This document shows positions 39,624 to 51,104 of a stretch of 64,000 nt of DNA, in pieces. A model generated the notes under the pieces. The model was not told the DNA's origin and did not search any database. It was given only the letters and a program-made list of their open reading frames with translations. Location of the stretch: assembly GCA_023248955.1 (NCBI GenBank), contig JAHFDP010000012.1, forward strand, positions 1,583-65,582, in the 5' to 3' direction. How positions within the stretch are numbered: the stretch's first letter is position 1; every line of letters begins with the position of its first letter. The position numbers and the translations under genes are program-made. The DNA comes from Deltaproteobacteria bacterium. GTDB lineage: Bacteria > Myxococcota > Myxococcia > Myxococcales > JAHFDP01.

Positions 39624-40061
39624 CTACCCGAGATGCCGCTCCAACACGGTGGCCAGCCCTGGCACAGCGGCCTGCACATGCTTCTGGGCGCTCGGCCGCA
39701 GCTTGTAGTAGGCCTGCCGCAGCGTTGGATTCACCGATGGCCGCTCGGCCCGCGCATCCGTCACGCCAAGCAGCGCCTGCACCACTTCGCCCTCGTGCGC
39801 GCCAAAGTAGATCGCAATCCTCTCCCCCGCCCGACCAGCCAAGATCGGCTCCAACTTCGCCGCAAATTCCGGCAGCAGGTGATTCACCGCGTCGGCCACC
39901 AAGCCTGGCTTGAGCGCCTTGGCCATGGTGAACGCGGCCTTCACGCCGAAACCAGCGAGCCCACTTTTGGTCGCAACTTCTGCGTCCACTAGGCGCGCGG
40001 TATCCTCGACTAGGCGGCGACGCGATTCGGGCTGGGCGATGATCTCGGTGAGCGTGGGCAT
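39624..40061 (-). CDS. Conserved hypothetical protein (DUF6918-like)
   Basis: EVATKSGLAG, LLPEF, ALLGVTDARA, YYKLRPSA. Confidence 0.65.
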   Translation of the reverse strand: MPTLTEIIAQPESRRRLVEDTARLVDAEVATKSGLAGFGVKAAFTMAKALKPGLVADAVNHLLPEFAAKLEPILAGRAGERIAIYFGAHEGEVVQALLGVTDARAERPSVNPTLRQAYYKLRPSAQKHVQAAVPGLATVLERHLG

Positions 40062-40188
40062 CGCGACATTGTGGCGCGAAACGCTGTTCGCAGGCGAGAC
40101 AAAACGACAGTTAGCAGCCACCGCGCGCCATCACCGCGGGCGCTCCCGCTTGACGCCAGGCGGCACGTCCGATGCAATACGCAACCTT

Positions 40189-40629
40189 ATGCGAATCCTT
40201 CCGTCACTCTCCCTCTGTGTCTTGGCCACCGCTTGCGGCCCGAAGCTCATCCCCAACACGCAGATCGCCGACACGCCCGAGACGCACGCGGTGCTCGAAC
40301 TGGTCGGTCGCTACCGCACCGCCGTCGAGGCGCGAAACCCTGAAGGACTCCTTGCGGTGGTGAGTCACAACTACTTCGACAAGAACCTCGACTACACCGC
40401 GCTCGCCGGAGAGCTCCCGAAAAAGTTCGCGCTAGTGAAAATCGACAAGCTCGATCTCGAGGTGAAAAACGTCACCGTGAAGAACGACGAAGCGTTGGTC
40501 GACGTCTACTACATCGAGCACTACCTCCTGGCGCTGCCCTCGGGTGAAACGTGGCAACAGCGTTCCGACGACAGCCGCTTCACGCTGCGCCGCGAAGAGG
40601 GCGCCTGGAAAATCGTCGCGGGATTGTAG
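40189..40629 (+). CDS. Lipoprotein with an NTF2-like fold
   Basis: LATAC lipobox; C-terminal LRREEGAWKIVAG. Confidence 0.7.
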   Translation: MRILPSLSLCVLATACGPKLIPNTQIADTPETHAVLELVGRYRTAVEARNPEGLLAVVSHNYFDKNLDYTALAGELPKKFALVKIDKLDLEVKNVTVKNDEALVDVYYIEHYLLALPSGETWQQRSDDSRFTLRREEGAWKIVAGL

Positions 40630-41598
40630 TTGGGCGTCCGCACGCCGCTGGATTTCGAGGAGCTCGCCGCTCTGGCGCGCTCTTTCGGTGTAGCGCCGCT
40701 GGTGTCCGCACATGGCCTGGCGGCGGGATCGATCAACACGCTCTACGAGCTACAGACCGAGGGCGATCGCTACGTTCTGCGCATCGCGGAAGGCGGCCGC
40801 ACCAAGGCCGAAGTCGCTTTCGAGCTGGCGCTCCTCGGCTACTTGGCCAGTGCCCACTTCCCGGTTGCACCCGCCGCGCCTGGCGTTCTCACCGTCCGCG
40901 GAAAGCCGGCGATCCTCTTTCACTACGTCGCGGGAGAAGAGGTTCCCCTCGAGGGCGTCACACCGACGCGGCTTCTCGAACTGGGAACGAAACTCGGACG
41001 TTTGCACGAACTCAGCGACGGCTTTTCGCAACGGCTGGCGAACCGCTACGGTCCCGCCTTCCTCGACGGCGCGATCACGGCCCTCGAACACCACCCGCGC
41101 GCGGATGCGGAAGTCCGCGCGATTATCCCCTTGCTGCGCGACGAAAAGGACGCGTGGCAGCAACTGTCAGCGCTACCGCTCGGTGCAATCCACGCCGATC
41201 TCTTCCGCGACAACGTCCGCTTTTTGGGCGACCGCATCGCGGCCATTCTCGACTGGGAGATGGCTTGCACCGACCTCTATGCACTCGACCTCGCCATCAC
41301 GCTCAACGATTGGACCTTCACCGCCGAGGGCCACTTCGATCCCTCGCTCGTTCGCGCGCTCGTTGCGGGCTACCAGTCGCAACGACCGCTGCGCCCCGAG
41401 GAGAAAACCGCGCTGTGGCCACTCTCCCGCGCCGCCGCCGCGCGCTACACCGCCTCCCGCCTCACCGATTTCCACCTGTCGGACCTGCCTCCCGACCGAC
41501 TTCTGCGCAAGGATTGGCGCCGTTACCGCGCGCGTCTGCTCACCCTTCGCGCGATGGGCAGTGCCGGATTCGCGACGTTGGCTTTCGGAAGTGCTTGA
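40630..41598 (+). CDS. thrB: Homoserine kinase type II
   Basis: GSINTLY, IHADLFRDN, LDWEMA, DLAITLNDW, RLTDF. Confidence 0.85.
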   Translation: MGVRTPLDFEELAALARSFGVAPLVSAHGLAAGSINTLYELQTEGDRYVLRIAEGGRTKAEVAFELALLGYLASAHFPVAPAAPGVLTVRGKPAILFHYVAGEEVPLEGVTPTRLLELGTKLGRLHELSDGFSQRLANRYGPAFLDGAITALEHHPRADAEVRAIIPLLRDEKDAWQQLSALPLGAIHADLFRDNVRFLGDRIAAILDWEMACTDLYALDLAITLNDWTFTAEGHFDPSLVRALVAGYQSQRPLRPEEKTALWPLSRAAAARYTASRLTDFHLSDLPPDRLLRKDWRRYRARLLTLRAMGSAGFATLAFGSA

Positions 41599-41689
41599 AA
41601 CTAGCGCGCCAACACAGCATGTTGAGGGCCCGGTTTTCTCTCTGCATTTCTTGACCCTGCCCACCTGGCACTGTTAATCAATTCACACC

Positions 41690-43279
41690 TTGTCGGAGCA
41701 ACCCTCCATGGCGAACACCGCAAAAGAGACGCGTTCTTCCGCGAGCGCCGCAACAGGTCCAGTGCCAGCCACCAACGAAGGAACCCACAAGTCCAAAGGC
41801 GATGCAGCCAGCACCCTGCGTGACTTGGTAATTGCCGCCGTCATTCTTGGCGCGCTCTTTGGCGTCTACTACCGTCACGTGGCGACGCAGCGCAAAGCTC
41901 ACGCGCTGGCCAAATCCGCGCAGGCCGCGATGGGCAAGGACACCACCAAAGGCTACCTGGAAGCGGAAGCGCTGCTCGACCAGGCGCTCAAAGTGGACAG
42001 CAATTACCGCGAGGCCTTGGCCTTTCAGGCGCTCACCGAAACGATCCTGTGGTCCGAGTCGGGACTCGAAGACCGCCGCGCCAAAGCCGAAGCGCTCATC
42101 GAAAAGATCACCGCCAAGGACGTTCCGCTGGCCGAGCGCTTCGCCGCGGTCGGACGCTTCGACGCCGCAACGGGCAAAGCCGCCACGGGTGAAACGCAGC
42201 TCGTGGGCACGCTCAAAGAGTCCGGCAACGTCGCCGCCGTGGTGGATGCGCTCGCCCACTGCGAGCGCGCGCTCGGCAAGCTCGCCGAGGCCAAGGTCTA
42301 TCTCAAGAAGGCCGCCGACGCTGACTGGCGCTCTCCGCGCTACGCCGCCGATCAGGCCACGGCGATGTTGGAAGGCGGTGACTTGGCAACCGCGGCGCTT
42401 CTCTTCGACAAGGCGCTCTCGGCCAACGGCGATCATCTGCGTTCGCTGGTCGGCCGCGCCCTGTCCGATATTCCGCGCGGCGAACGACTCGACCAGAGCG
42501 GCAAGGCGCTAGAGGATGTCTTGTCCCGTCCGGCGGGCGACCTAGGCGCTCCGTTGAAAGCCCGCGCCCTAGCCGCACGCGCCATGCTGAAGGCCGCGCG
42601 CGGAATCGTTTGGGCGACCGACGCCGACGCCGCCATTGCGGCAGCCCCCAACACCGCGCTTGCGCACCTCGTGAAAGGAATTCTGCAAGCGCGCGATCAC
42701 CAGGCCGCGGGCGACGCCGAGATTCACAAATCCATCGAGCTCGACGCGTTTCTGCCGACGGCCTATTTCGAAGGCGCACAGGCACTCATGGATGGTGGCT
42801 TTGCTGACAAGTCGCTGGCGCTCATGAAGGAAGCCGCGCAGCACTTGAAAGATTCGGCGCGGTACCACCTCGCCTACGGGCAGCTGATGGCCAAGAGCGG
42901 CGATGACGCGGGCGCGATCAAAGAGCTCGACAAGGCACTCACGATGGACGGCTCGAACGCCGATGCGCTCTTCGCCAAGGGCCAGGTACTCCAGTCGAAG
43001 AAGGACCTCAAGGGCGCTGCCACTTTCTACGAAAAGGCAATCACGGCGCGCGATATGTTCCCCGATGCCTACCGGCAGATGGGCAACCTCTATCTGGAAA
43101 CGAAGGATGTGAAGGGCGCGTTGGACATGTATAAAGAAGCGCTCGTGCGCTATAAGACGCAGAAGCTTCCCGCCGACCGGCTGGAGGCGTTCTTCACCGA
43201 TTTGCAGGCGCGCGTGGCAAGAGCCGGGCAAGCCAAGCTGGCGTCGCAATTCGTCGACGAGGCGCGCAAGCTCAAGTGA
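41690..43279 (+). CDS. Membrane-anchored TPR protein
   Basis: N-terminal TM helix followed by many Ala/Leu-rich TPR-like repeats; start uncertain. Confidence 0.75.
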   Translation: MSEQPSMANTAKETRSSASAATGPVPATNEGTHKSKGDAASTLRDLVIAAVILGALFGVYYRHVATQRKAHALAKSAQAAMGKDTTKGYLEAEALLDQALKVDSNYREALAFQALTETILWSESGLEDRRAKAEALIEKITAKDVPLAERFAAVGRFDAATGKAATGETQLVGTLKESGNVAAVVDALAHCERALGKLAEAKVYLKKAADADWRSPRYAADQATAMLEGGDLATAALLFDKALSANGDHLRSLVGRALSDIPRGERLDQSGKALEDVLSRPAGDLGAPLKARALAARAMLKAARGIVWATDADAAIAAAPNTALAHLVKGILQARDHQAAGDAEIHKSIELDAFLPTAYFEGAQALMDGGFADKSLALMKEAAQHLKDSARYHLAYGQLMAKSGDDAGAIKELDKALTMDGSNADALFAKGQVLQSKKDLKGAATFYEKAITARDMFPDAYRQMGNLYLETKDVKGALDMYKEALVRYKTQKLPADRLEAFFTDLQARVARAGQAKLASQFVDEARKLK

Positions 43280-43983
43280 TCAACCGCTCTGCACGCCTCC
43301 CTGGACTCGTCGCGCTCCTTGTCGCGGCGCCCGCTTTCGCTGGCGAAGGTCCGCAGATCGGTTTGCAGGTCGGCTACGGTTTCTGGAACACGCGGGCCCT
43401 TCACGACAAATTACAAGGCACGGACGCCGTCGGCAAACAACTCGCCGATCAGCTCACCGATCCGCTCAACATGGGCGACGGCGGCACTTACATCCTGCAG
43501 CTTGGCTACAACATCATGGGGCATGTGGCCGTTGAGGCGCAGGTCACCGTGCATCCCTGGTACCTGCTCGACACCTTCACCGACAGCACTGGATCGCACG
43601 CCAAGCGCGGCCTCTTCGGCGTCGGAAGCGGCATCGTGACCTGGTATCCGCTGCAGTCGCTCATGCGGCCCGATCGGACGTACGATTTTTCGCTCTACGG
43701 GGGGATTGGCTATGGGCTCTTCGGCGGCGGAAAGCCCTTCGAGCTCGGCATGGATGGGATGGTCAGCGAGTTCGGCGGAACCGCGGAAATTTACGTGCGG
43801 CCGTGGCTCTCCATCGGCATCACGCCACGACTCTACCTTTTGCAAATGCAGCGGTTCATTGTGAACTTCAACACCCGCGATTCTGGCGGAGCCATTTACG
43901 TTCCCAATGCCAGCGGCGGCTGGTTCTTCGCCACCACGGCTAGCTTCATTCTGCACCTGTCGCCGGTGCAGCAGCCGATGTAA
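43276..43983 (+). CDS. Outer-membrane beta-barrel-like protein
   Basis: Signal peptide (APAFA); amphipathic Gly/Tyr-rich strands. Confidence 0.6.
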   Translation: MINRSARLPGLVALLVAAPAFAGEGPQIGLQVGYGFWNTRALHDKLQGTDAVGKQLADQLTDPLNMGDGGTYILQLGYNIMGHVAVEAQVTVHPWYLLDTFTDSTGSHAKRGLFGVGSGIVTWYPLQSLMRPDRTYDFSLYGGIGYGLFGGGKPFELGMDGMVSEFGGTAEIYVRPWLSIGITPRLYLLQMQRFIVNFNTRDSGGAIYVPNASGGWFFATTASFILHLSPVQQPM

Positions 43984-44700
43984 TCACCGCCGTCGTGGCT
44001 TGGGCCGCGACGATGCCGGCGGATGCGCACTAAACCGCAGCCCCTCCGCGAGCGTTCGCGGGGCATCGGCCTGGCTCTCCACCAACTCCGCCACGGCGCT
44101 TCCCCGCAGCACCAGTTCGCCACGGTGATTCTCGGCCCAAAGATCCAGCTCGGCGAAGCAGAGACCATCTTCCTTGCGCAGCGCCGCGACGCGGGCCCGG
44201 CACGTCACCGTGTCGCCCGGCCAGAGCAGCTTCACGAAGCGCGCACCAAACCGCACCAAACGGCCGCGGCGTAGCCATCCCATCACCTGCTGGCTCGAGA
44301 AAGCCAGGGTCATGAGCGGCGGAGCAAGAACACCCGGGAACCCGGCCGCACGCGCGCGCTGCTCGTCGAGATGCAGCGGGTTGTAGTCGTCCACGGCCCC
44401 CGAAAAGCGCGCAATCTGCAACCGATCGATCGGCCCCCGCACCAAAAAAGGAAGCTCATCGCCGACGTGGAGATCGCAATAGTAGAACGACCTCGCCAGC
44501 GTCTGCTCGGGCTGGCGCACCGGACGGGCGATCGTCGGCATCGGCGTCAGCGATGGACGCGAAACGGCTTTCGGGGGCGGCGGCGACCGCAACGCACTCT
44601 TCTTCGGCGCGCTCCGAGCGTCCACTTTTTTGGCGGCCGTGCGCATGGGCTTGGCTGCGGACCGACTCGGTCGCGACGCCTTGGCTGTAGCGTGTTTCAT
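43984..44700 (-). CDS. MaoC family dehydratase
   Basis: FSGAVDDYNPLHLD...GFPGVLA; RFVKLLWPGD. Confidence 0.8.
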   Translation of the reverse strand: MKHATAKASRPSRSAAKPMRTAAKKVDARSAPKKSALRSPPPPKAVSRPSLTPMPTIARPVRQPEQTLARSFYYCDLHVGDELPFLVRGPIDRLQIARFSGAVDDYNPLHLDEQRARAAGFPGVLAPPLMTLAFSSQQVMGWLRRGRLVRFGARFVKLLWPGDTVTCRARVAALRKEDGLCFAELDLWAENHRGELVLRGSAVAELVESQADAPRTLAEGLRFSAHPPASSRPKPRRR

Positions 44701-45257
44701 GATGAGCTCTCCGGTGTTGTGGCGGGGCGCTGCGAGGTGCGCAGAACCAGCGTGGCGCGCGAGCGAAAAACGGTCGCACCCGCGCCGTCGCTGCCTTCGT
44801 GTTCCACAATCACGGTCTCGGCAACGCCGGAGGGCAGTGTTCGCGAGCTCACATCGGCGACACGCCCGTAAACGGTGACCGTCTCGCCAGCGAGCAGCGG
44901 CCGCGCCAGTTCGAATTGCTGCTCGGCGTGGAGCACCTGTTTGCCGTTGGTCAGCTCGGCGATGAGATCCGTTCCCGGTCGAAGTGCCGCCAAAAACGCT
45001 GGAGGCGCCACCAGCGACGCGTAGCCAGCAGCACGCGCGGCAGCCTCGTCGAAATGGATCGGATTGGTTTCGCCAACCGCCGTAGAGAAGCGTCGAATGG
45101 CGCCCTTTTCCAGCTCGCAGAAGCCCGGCGGGCTCTCGCGCCCCACGATGGACGGTGCTGGCGGAGGCCGCGGTGGTTCTGGACGCCGCAGCGGTGCGGC
45201 GACGAACTTGGGATGCGACTTCACGTGCGCCTGTGTTGAACGGCCGTTCTTTTTCAC
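44697..45257 (-). CDS. MaoC-like (HadA/FAS1-like) dehydratase subunit
   Basis: IRRFSTAVGETNPIHFD...APPAF, LHAEQQF. Confidence 0.8.
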   Translation of the reverse strand: MKKNGRSTQAHVKSHPKFVAAPLRRPEPPRPPPAPSIVGRESPPGFCELEKGAIRRFSTAVGETNPIHFDEAAARAAGYASLVAPPAFLAALRPGTDLIAELTNGKQVLHAEQQFELARPLLAGETVTVYGRVADVSSRTLPSGVAETVIVEHEGSDGAGATVFRSRATLVLRTSQRPATTPESSS

Positions 45258-45258
45258 G

Positions 45259-46278
45259 TTATCTCCCCGCCGGCAAATCCAAAACGGTCATAAGTCCCGG
45301 CGCCGCATCCCGAACCAGCGGCGCCGCATGCACCACGCTCCAGGCCGTCGCCCGATCACCCGCAACGCCGCCTTCGATACGGCACAAAATGGGCGGGTCG
45401 CCGTCGATGACGATCGCGTCGTGCGGCGCCGGCGCGCCCAAGGCGATCGTCAGCGAAAGCCGCACCACCTCGCGGCCGTCGCGAAACGCGCGGGCCACCT
45501 GATGGACGCCAGAGATGCCGCCCTTCTTCACCGCAAGCCCGCTGGCGACGCCAACATCCTCGAGGGCGAGAACGGGATCGATGTCCTCATCGACCTCATC
45601 GAGTTCCAGGCCGACGCCCAACGCCGCCAAGGCTGCCGACTCCATGAGACCAACGTGGCCGACTTCGCCACGCTCAACTGCTTCGTCAAAGGCCTCTTGT
45701 GAAAGCCCGGCGCCAGTCTTGCGTGCCAACGCCTGGCGCCTGGTTCGCGAATCGACCACCCGCTCCGCAATCACGCGATCGACTTTCCCCACCACGCCGC
45801 CGAGCGTCGCCACCAAGCGATCCAAAACGAATCCGGGGTTCACGCCGACGCCGAGCACCGCGGCCTTCTTACGGTTGGCGGCACGATCGATTTTCTCCGC
45901 CAACTGCGGATGACGAAGCCACGGATAGGCCAGCTCCTCGCACGTGGAGACCACAGCCATCCCCGCGCCGAGCGCCGCCTCGATCTGACTCACCACGTCG
46001 GTCAGACGCGATCCCGTTGCATGCAAAAGGAGCCCGCCCGACGCAAGATGAAACGCCGCAGTGAGGTCGGACGTGACGCGCAAATCTGGCGCGGGCGCAT
46101 CGAGGATTTCGGGAAGCGAACGCCCCACCAGCGACGTGTCCATATCCAGGACAGCCACCAGATCCAACTCGGGCTTCTGCTGGACGGCGCGCGCGATGTC
46201 GCGGCCGATGGCCCCAAGTCCCATGATGCAGGTCGGAATTCCCACGGAGGGCTTTATATCGTTGATTGCGTCCCCCAC
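45259..46278 (-). CDS. Dihydrodipicolinate reductase-like / 2,4-diaminopentanoate dehydrogenase family oxidoreductase
   Basis: GLGAIG, STCEELAYPW, GVNPGFVLD, GHVGL, GGVAGDRAT. Confidence 0.75.
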   Translation of the reverse strand: MGDAINDIKPSVGIPTCIMGLGAIGRDIARAVQQKPELDLVAVLDMDTSLVGRSLPEILDAPAPDLRVTSDLTAAFHLASGGLLLHATGSRLTDVVSQIEAALGAGMAVVSTCEELAYPWLRHPQLAEKIDRAANRKKAAVLGVGVNPGFVLDRLVATLGGVVGKVDRVIAERVVDSRTRRQALARKTGAGLSQEAFDEAVERGEVGHVGLMESAALAALGVGLELDEVDEDIDPVLALEDVGVASGLAVKKGGISGVHQVARAFRDGREVVRLSLTIALGAPAPHDAIVIDGDPPILCRIEGGVAGDRATAWSVVHAAPLVRDAAPGLMTVLDLPAGR

Positions 46279-46378
46279 TCAAGGAATCCAGCGCTGCAAC
46301 CGCGTGCCAGTGGTGGTTCAATGACCGCAGCCGGATGATGTCTTTGAACTTTTTGTCAATTCAGGCTAAAGTATCAAA

Positions 46379-46960
46379 ATGGATAATTTGGACGCATCCA
46401 CCCGCATCACCGACCTTGCGGGACTCCAGGCCGAGGACAAGAAGACACCACCCCAGCCGCCTGCGGAACCGCAACCGACCGACGTGGTCGCTCAATCCGA
46501 CGCCGCGTTGACTGAATTGGCTACCTTTTTCCGTTCCCTTCCCCGCGACGACCGCTTGGCCACCTCCTTGGCCGCAGGATTTTTTCTGCTGATGGCGATG
46601 CCGTGGGCAAGCACCGAAAGAGACGGCGCCACCATTGGATTTTTCACGTCCGCTTGGGCCAGCGGACTTTTCGCCGCTGGTGTGCTTGTCCTCATCTACT
46701 ACCGGCGCGTGTCGCACGCCGCCGGAAAGCAGGCGGCGATCTTGCGTTTTACGCAGCTCTTCTGTGCCTGCGCCGCTGCATCGGGGTGCCTACTCTTCGT
46801 GCGAACAACATCCGCGGTGACCTTCCTTCGCGTTGGCCATCAGGGTTACTTGGCGCCGCATGCGAGCACCGAGTGGGGTGCCTATGCGGCAACGTTGAAC
46901 GCGCTGCTCCTCGTCGCCGCCTCGGCAACGGCCATCGTCAAGGCGCGGCGGGCAGCTTAG
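46379..46960 (+). CDS. Hypothetical membrane protein
   Basis: About four hydrophobic segments; fills the gap between opposite-strand genes. Confidence 0.5.
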   Translation: MDNLDASTRITDLAGLQAEDKKTPPQPPAEPQPTDVVAQSDAALTELATFFRSLPRDDRLATSLAAGFFLLMAMPWASTERDGATIGFFTSAWASGLFAAGVLVLIYYRRVSHAAGKQAAILRFTQLFCACAAASGCLLFVRTTSAVTFLRVGHQGYLAPHASTEWGAYAATLNALLLVAASATAIVKARRAA

Positions 46961-47825
46961 CCCTTCGCGCGCCCAGCGATTCGAAGAGCTTCACCGCGTT
47001 GGGATCGCTCCAGTCACGGGCACCGACGAACTTCAAGCGCAAACGGCCCTGCCCGTCGAGGACGTAGGTTTCGGGAAATTTGTTGGTGCCATAGCGCGCA
47101 GCCAGATGGCGCGTGGGGTCGAGCAGCACGTCGTAGGAAAGTTTTGCGCCGGAGAAAAAGCCGTCGATCGCCGGCCAGCCCTCGTCGACGCTGACCGCGG
47201 CGAGCGCGAAGGTGGCCGGGTCGAGAGCGCGCGAGAGCGCGGAGAAGCTCGGCATCTCGTCGCGGCAGGGCGGACACCAGGTGGCCCAGAAGTTCACGAA
47301 GACGACCTTGCCACGATAATCAGCGAGCGTGCGCACGCCGCCGCCGCGGACCGGAAGCGTGAAAGCCAGTGCCTCGGTTGGCGGATCGATCAGATCGCCA
47401 TCGAGCGCCAGCCGGGCCCGCTCGGCCACGCCGCCAAATTCGCGCCAGAGGTTGGCACCGACCACCGCGGCCATTCCCCCGAGCGCCAGCGCTGCGAACG
47501 CCGCTTTCATCCACCGCGGCACGACCCACATTCGCGGATCGTCGGGGAGACCGGAGTAGTATTTTTTGGTCGGAGCGGCTTCCATGTCCCCCTGCCGGGA
47601 AAGCCGCCGTTCCAGCACGGCGGGATCGATCCGATGCTTGAATGCCCGACGCCCGTCGATTTCCACCACCGGGATGTCGTACTGGAAGCGTTCGAATACT
47701 GCGGGATCACGCTCGATGTCCACCTCGGTGAGATCGAAGGCGTGGCGCGTCTGCGCGGCCACGAGCACCCCGTGCGCGACGTCGCAGAGATGGCAACCCG
47801 GCTTGGTGTAGAGGGTGACACGCAT
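46938..47825 (-). CDS. Glutaredoxin-like (DUF836) domain fused to a TlpA thiol-disulfide oxidoreductase
   Basis: MRVTLYTKPGCHLC...DIPV, TM helix, then VNFWATWCPPC...FPETY; one frame, no stop. Confidence 0.8.
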   Translation of the reverse strand: MRVTLYTKPGCHLCDVAHGVLVAAQTRHAFDLTEVDIERDPAVFERFQYDIPVVEIDGRRAFKHRIDPAVLERRLSRQGDMEAAPTKKYYSGLPDDPRMWVVPRWMKAAFAALALGGMAAVVGANLWREFGGVAERARLALDGDLIDPPTEALAFTLPVRGGGVRTLADYRGKVVFVNFWATWCPPCRDEMPSFSALSRALDPATFALAAVSVDEGWPAIDGFFSGAKLSYDVLLDPTRHLAARYGTNKFPETYVLDGQGRLRLKFVGARDWSDPNAVKLFESLGARRAKLPAAP

Positions 47826-48912
47826 TGAACGGCCGGAGGGTTTATAGCGCGACAGTCGGCGACGCGGTTGGTTGTAACGGCCGCGAAGGTAGGCGAGGAG
47901 TGCTCGACGATGCGAAATCTCCTCCGCGTCACGATCGCGCTCGTGGTGGCAGCGTCGCCAGCGAGCGCCGGAAGCGTAAGGACACTGCACAAGTCCGGCG
48001 AGCCGCGGCTGCTGTTGCATGAAGACCTCGTTACGCGCGAGCCAAAATACCGGGCGCTCGAGGGGCTTCGACGGTTCAATGAAACAACGCTTTTCGGAAA
48101 GAGTGGGCCGCATTGGGACGACGTTCGGCAAGGTGAAGCGCTCGACTGCTTTTTCCTGGCAGCGCTGAGCTCGCTCGCACATGGTGATCCCGAGCGGCTT
48201 AAGGCACAGTTTGCGCGTCACGCCGACGGAACGCTCGCGCTCGACAAACAGGGGCGCGTGCAAGCGATTTTTTATCGGAAAACTGGCGCCGACAAGTACC
48301 GCGCAGATCGGGTTCCCATCACCGCGAAGCTGCCGCTCGACAACAATGGAGAACCTCTCTTCGCGAAGGCGGAGACCGGCAAACTCTGGGTGGCGGCGTT
48401 GGAGAAGGCGTACGTGCGGTGGAACGACAAGACCAACGGCAACGCCGCCAACTGGACCACTTTTGGAAAGCACGGATGGGACAGGCTCGACGGCGGCGAT
48501 CCTGCGATGGCGATGGAATCGCTGCGCGGCGGTCCAACGGCGACAGTTCTTTTCAAGCCGAGGTTGAACGAGGTTTCAAATCTCTTTGCGATCATCGCAC
48601 GCGCGCTGGCCGACCGACGCCTGGTCGTGGCCACCTCGAGCACCAGTGCGCGCGAGGCTAAACAGCGACAAGACTCCGCGCAACACGAAGGTGTCTTGTC
48701 GCCAAACATGGCGGTGATCGATTTTCCGTTTCGACCCTTTCACGCTTTCAGCGTGCTCGGCGCCTACGCGCGCGGCGAGAAAAAATACCTGCTGCTCCGC
48801 GATCCGTACGGCGATCGAGAACGCGCGGATGGATCGAAGGACCCGGTCAATCTATTCGAAATATCGATGGAGAAGTTCGTGACGCTCTTCATTGGGCTGA
48901 GCTTCGAAGAAG

Positions 48913-49881
<969 letters not shown>

Positions 49882-49894
49882 GTGCGTTCCTCGG

Positions 49895-51097
49895 CTACTC
49901 GAGCGGCGGCAGAATTTGAAAACCAGATTCGGTGCGGCGATAGACGTAAGGGTCGTGCCACGGGTAGCGCAAGTCCGCCGGCGCCGCGAGATTCGCTTCG
50001 AGCAGGCGGGACAACGATTCCGGATATTCGCCACGCTCGAGCGCGTAAATCTCCAGCGCGGATTTGAGTCGATCGAGTTGCGCGGGCATCAGCAATCGCT
50101 CCGCGGCGTGTTCGTTGACAGGCTCGCCCTCGAGCTCGAAGGGATTGTCGCGGCCGGTCAGGTTCACCGCCCAGCGCCCAGCACCCACGCCCGCCAGCAC
50201 GGCGATTGCCGCAAGCAGCGCGGACGAGAGAATTCCGCCGGCCCATGTTCGCGCATCGGCAAAAAAACCGACGCTGACCGTGTCACGCGGCCCAAGCACC
50301 GCTTGCCGCCGCGAGAGCTCCGCGCGTTTGAGAATGCCCATCTCGAGCAAGTTGAAGAGCGCTTTGCAAGTCTCGAATTCGCCGAGCCGCGACAGCTCCA
50401 CCAGACGCGAGACGGGAACCCCGCGTTCGGCCAGCTGGTACACGGTGCGCTCATGATGACCAATTGTGGTCACCTTCTCTTTCGGCGCCGGCGATTCACC
50501 GAGGTTGAAATCGAAGTCATCGGCCGGCGGCTTCTCCACCACGGGCGTTTCCGGCGGAAGTGCCATCACGCGCTCGAAGGTGAGCGTAGGCCCGGTGATT
50601 CGCTTCTTCACCATCGGCCACTCGTCAACCATCCGGAAGCCTTCCATCAGGATGGCCTCGGCGCGAAGCGGTTCGACCGCGCACTGATCGGGCGCGATCT
50701 CGCGCGGCTCGAACGCGTAAGTGCCCGCGCCCCAGGTGAAGAGGCGGTAGAGAATTTCGGTGGTCTGAAGGAGCGTCATCTCGCGCAGATGCTCTTGCGA
50801 GAGCTGCCCTGCTTCGACGAGCAGATCGCCGAGCCGCTGCATGGTGATGCGTTGCCGCGCCAGCGCGGTCTCCACCGCCTCCGGCGCCATCAGGCCCGCG
50901 CGAATCAGCGTGTTGCCCAAAAGCTCATTGGGGTTGGCGCGAGGGGACGCCCCACGCACGATGTCACCCTCGACGAAAAAGACTTCGACCTCTTCGTCCT
51001 TAGACTTGAGGTGCAACACGCCGGTTTTTTTCTGCTGGGCGATCAGCTGAAAAATATCGCCGATGCCGAAGTCCTTGAGCGTGCCTTTTAGAGCCAC
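49895..51097 (-). CDS. DUF4388 domain protein with a C-terminal GspG/pilin-like segment
   Basis: LKGTLKDFGIGDIFQLI..QKKTG; TM helix; ALEIYALERGEYP...PWHDPYVY. Confidence 0.75.
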   Translation of the reverse strand: MALKGTLKDFGIGDIFQLIAQQKKTGVLHLKSKDEEVEVFFVEGDIVRGASPRANPNELLGNTLIRAGLMAPEAVETALARQRITMQRLGDLLVEAGQLSQEHLREMTLLQTTEILYRLFTWGAGTYAFEPREIAPDQCAVEPLRAEAILMEGFRMVDEWPMVKKRITGPTLTFERVMALPPETPVVEKPPADDFDFNLGESPAPKEKVTTIGHHERTVYQLAERGVPVSRLVELSRLGEFETCKALFNLLEMGILKRAELSRRQAVLGPRDTVSVGFFADARTWAGGILSSALLAAIAVLAGVGAGRWAVNLTGRDNPFELEGEPVNEHAAERLLMPAQLDRLKSALEIYALERGEYPESLSRLLEANLAAPADLRYPWHDPYVYRRTESGFQILPPLE

Positions 51098-51104
51098 GGC
51101 GACC

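Noticed and set aside
47826-48473. Long N-terminal extension of the Grx-TlpA ORF
   Set aside because: Antisense to the calpain-like gene; the real start is MRVTLY at 47825
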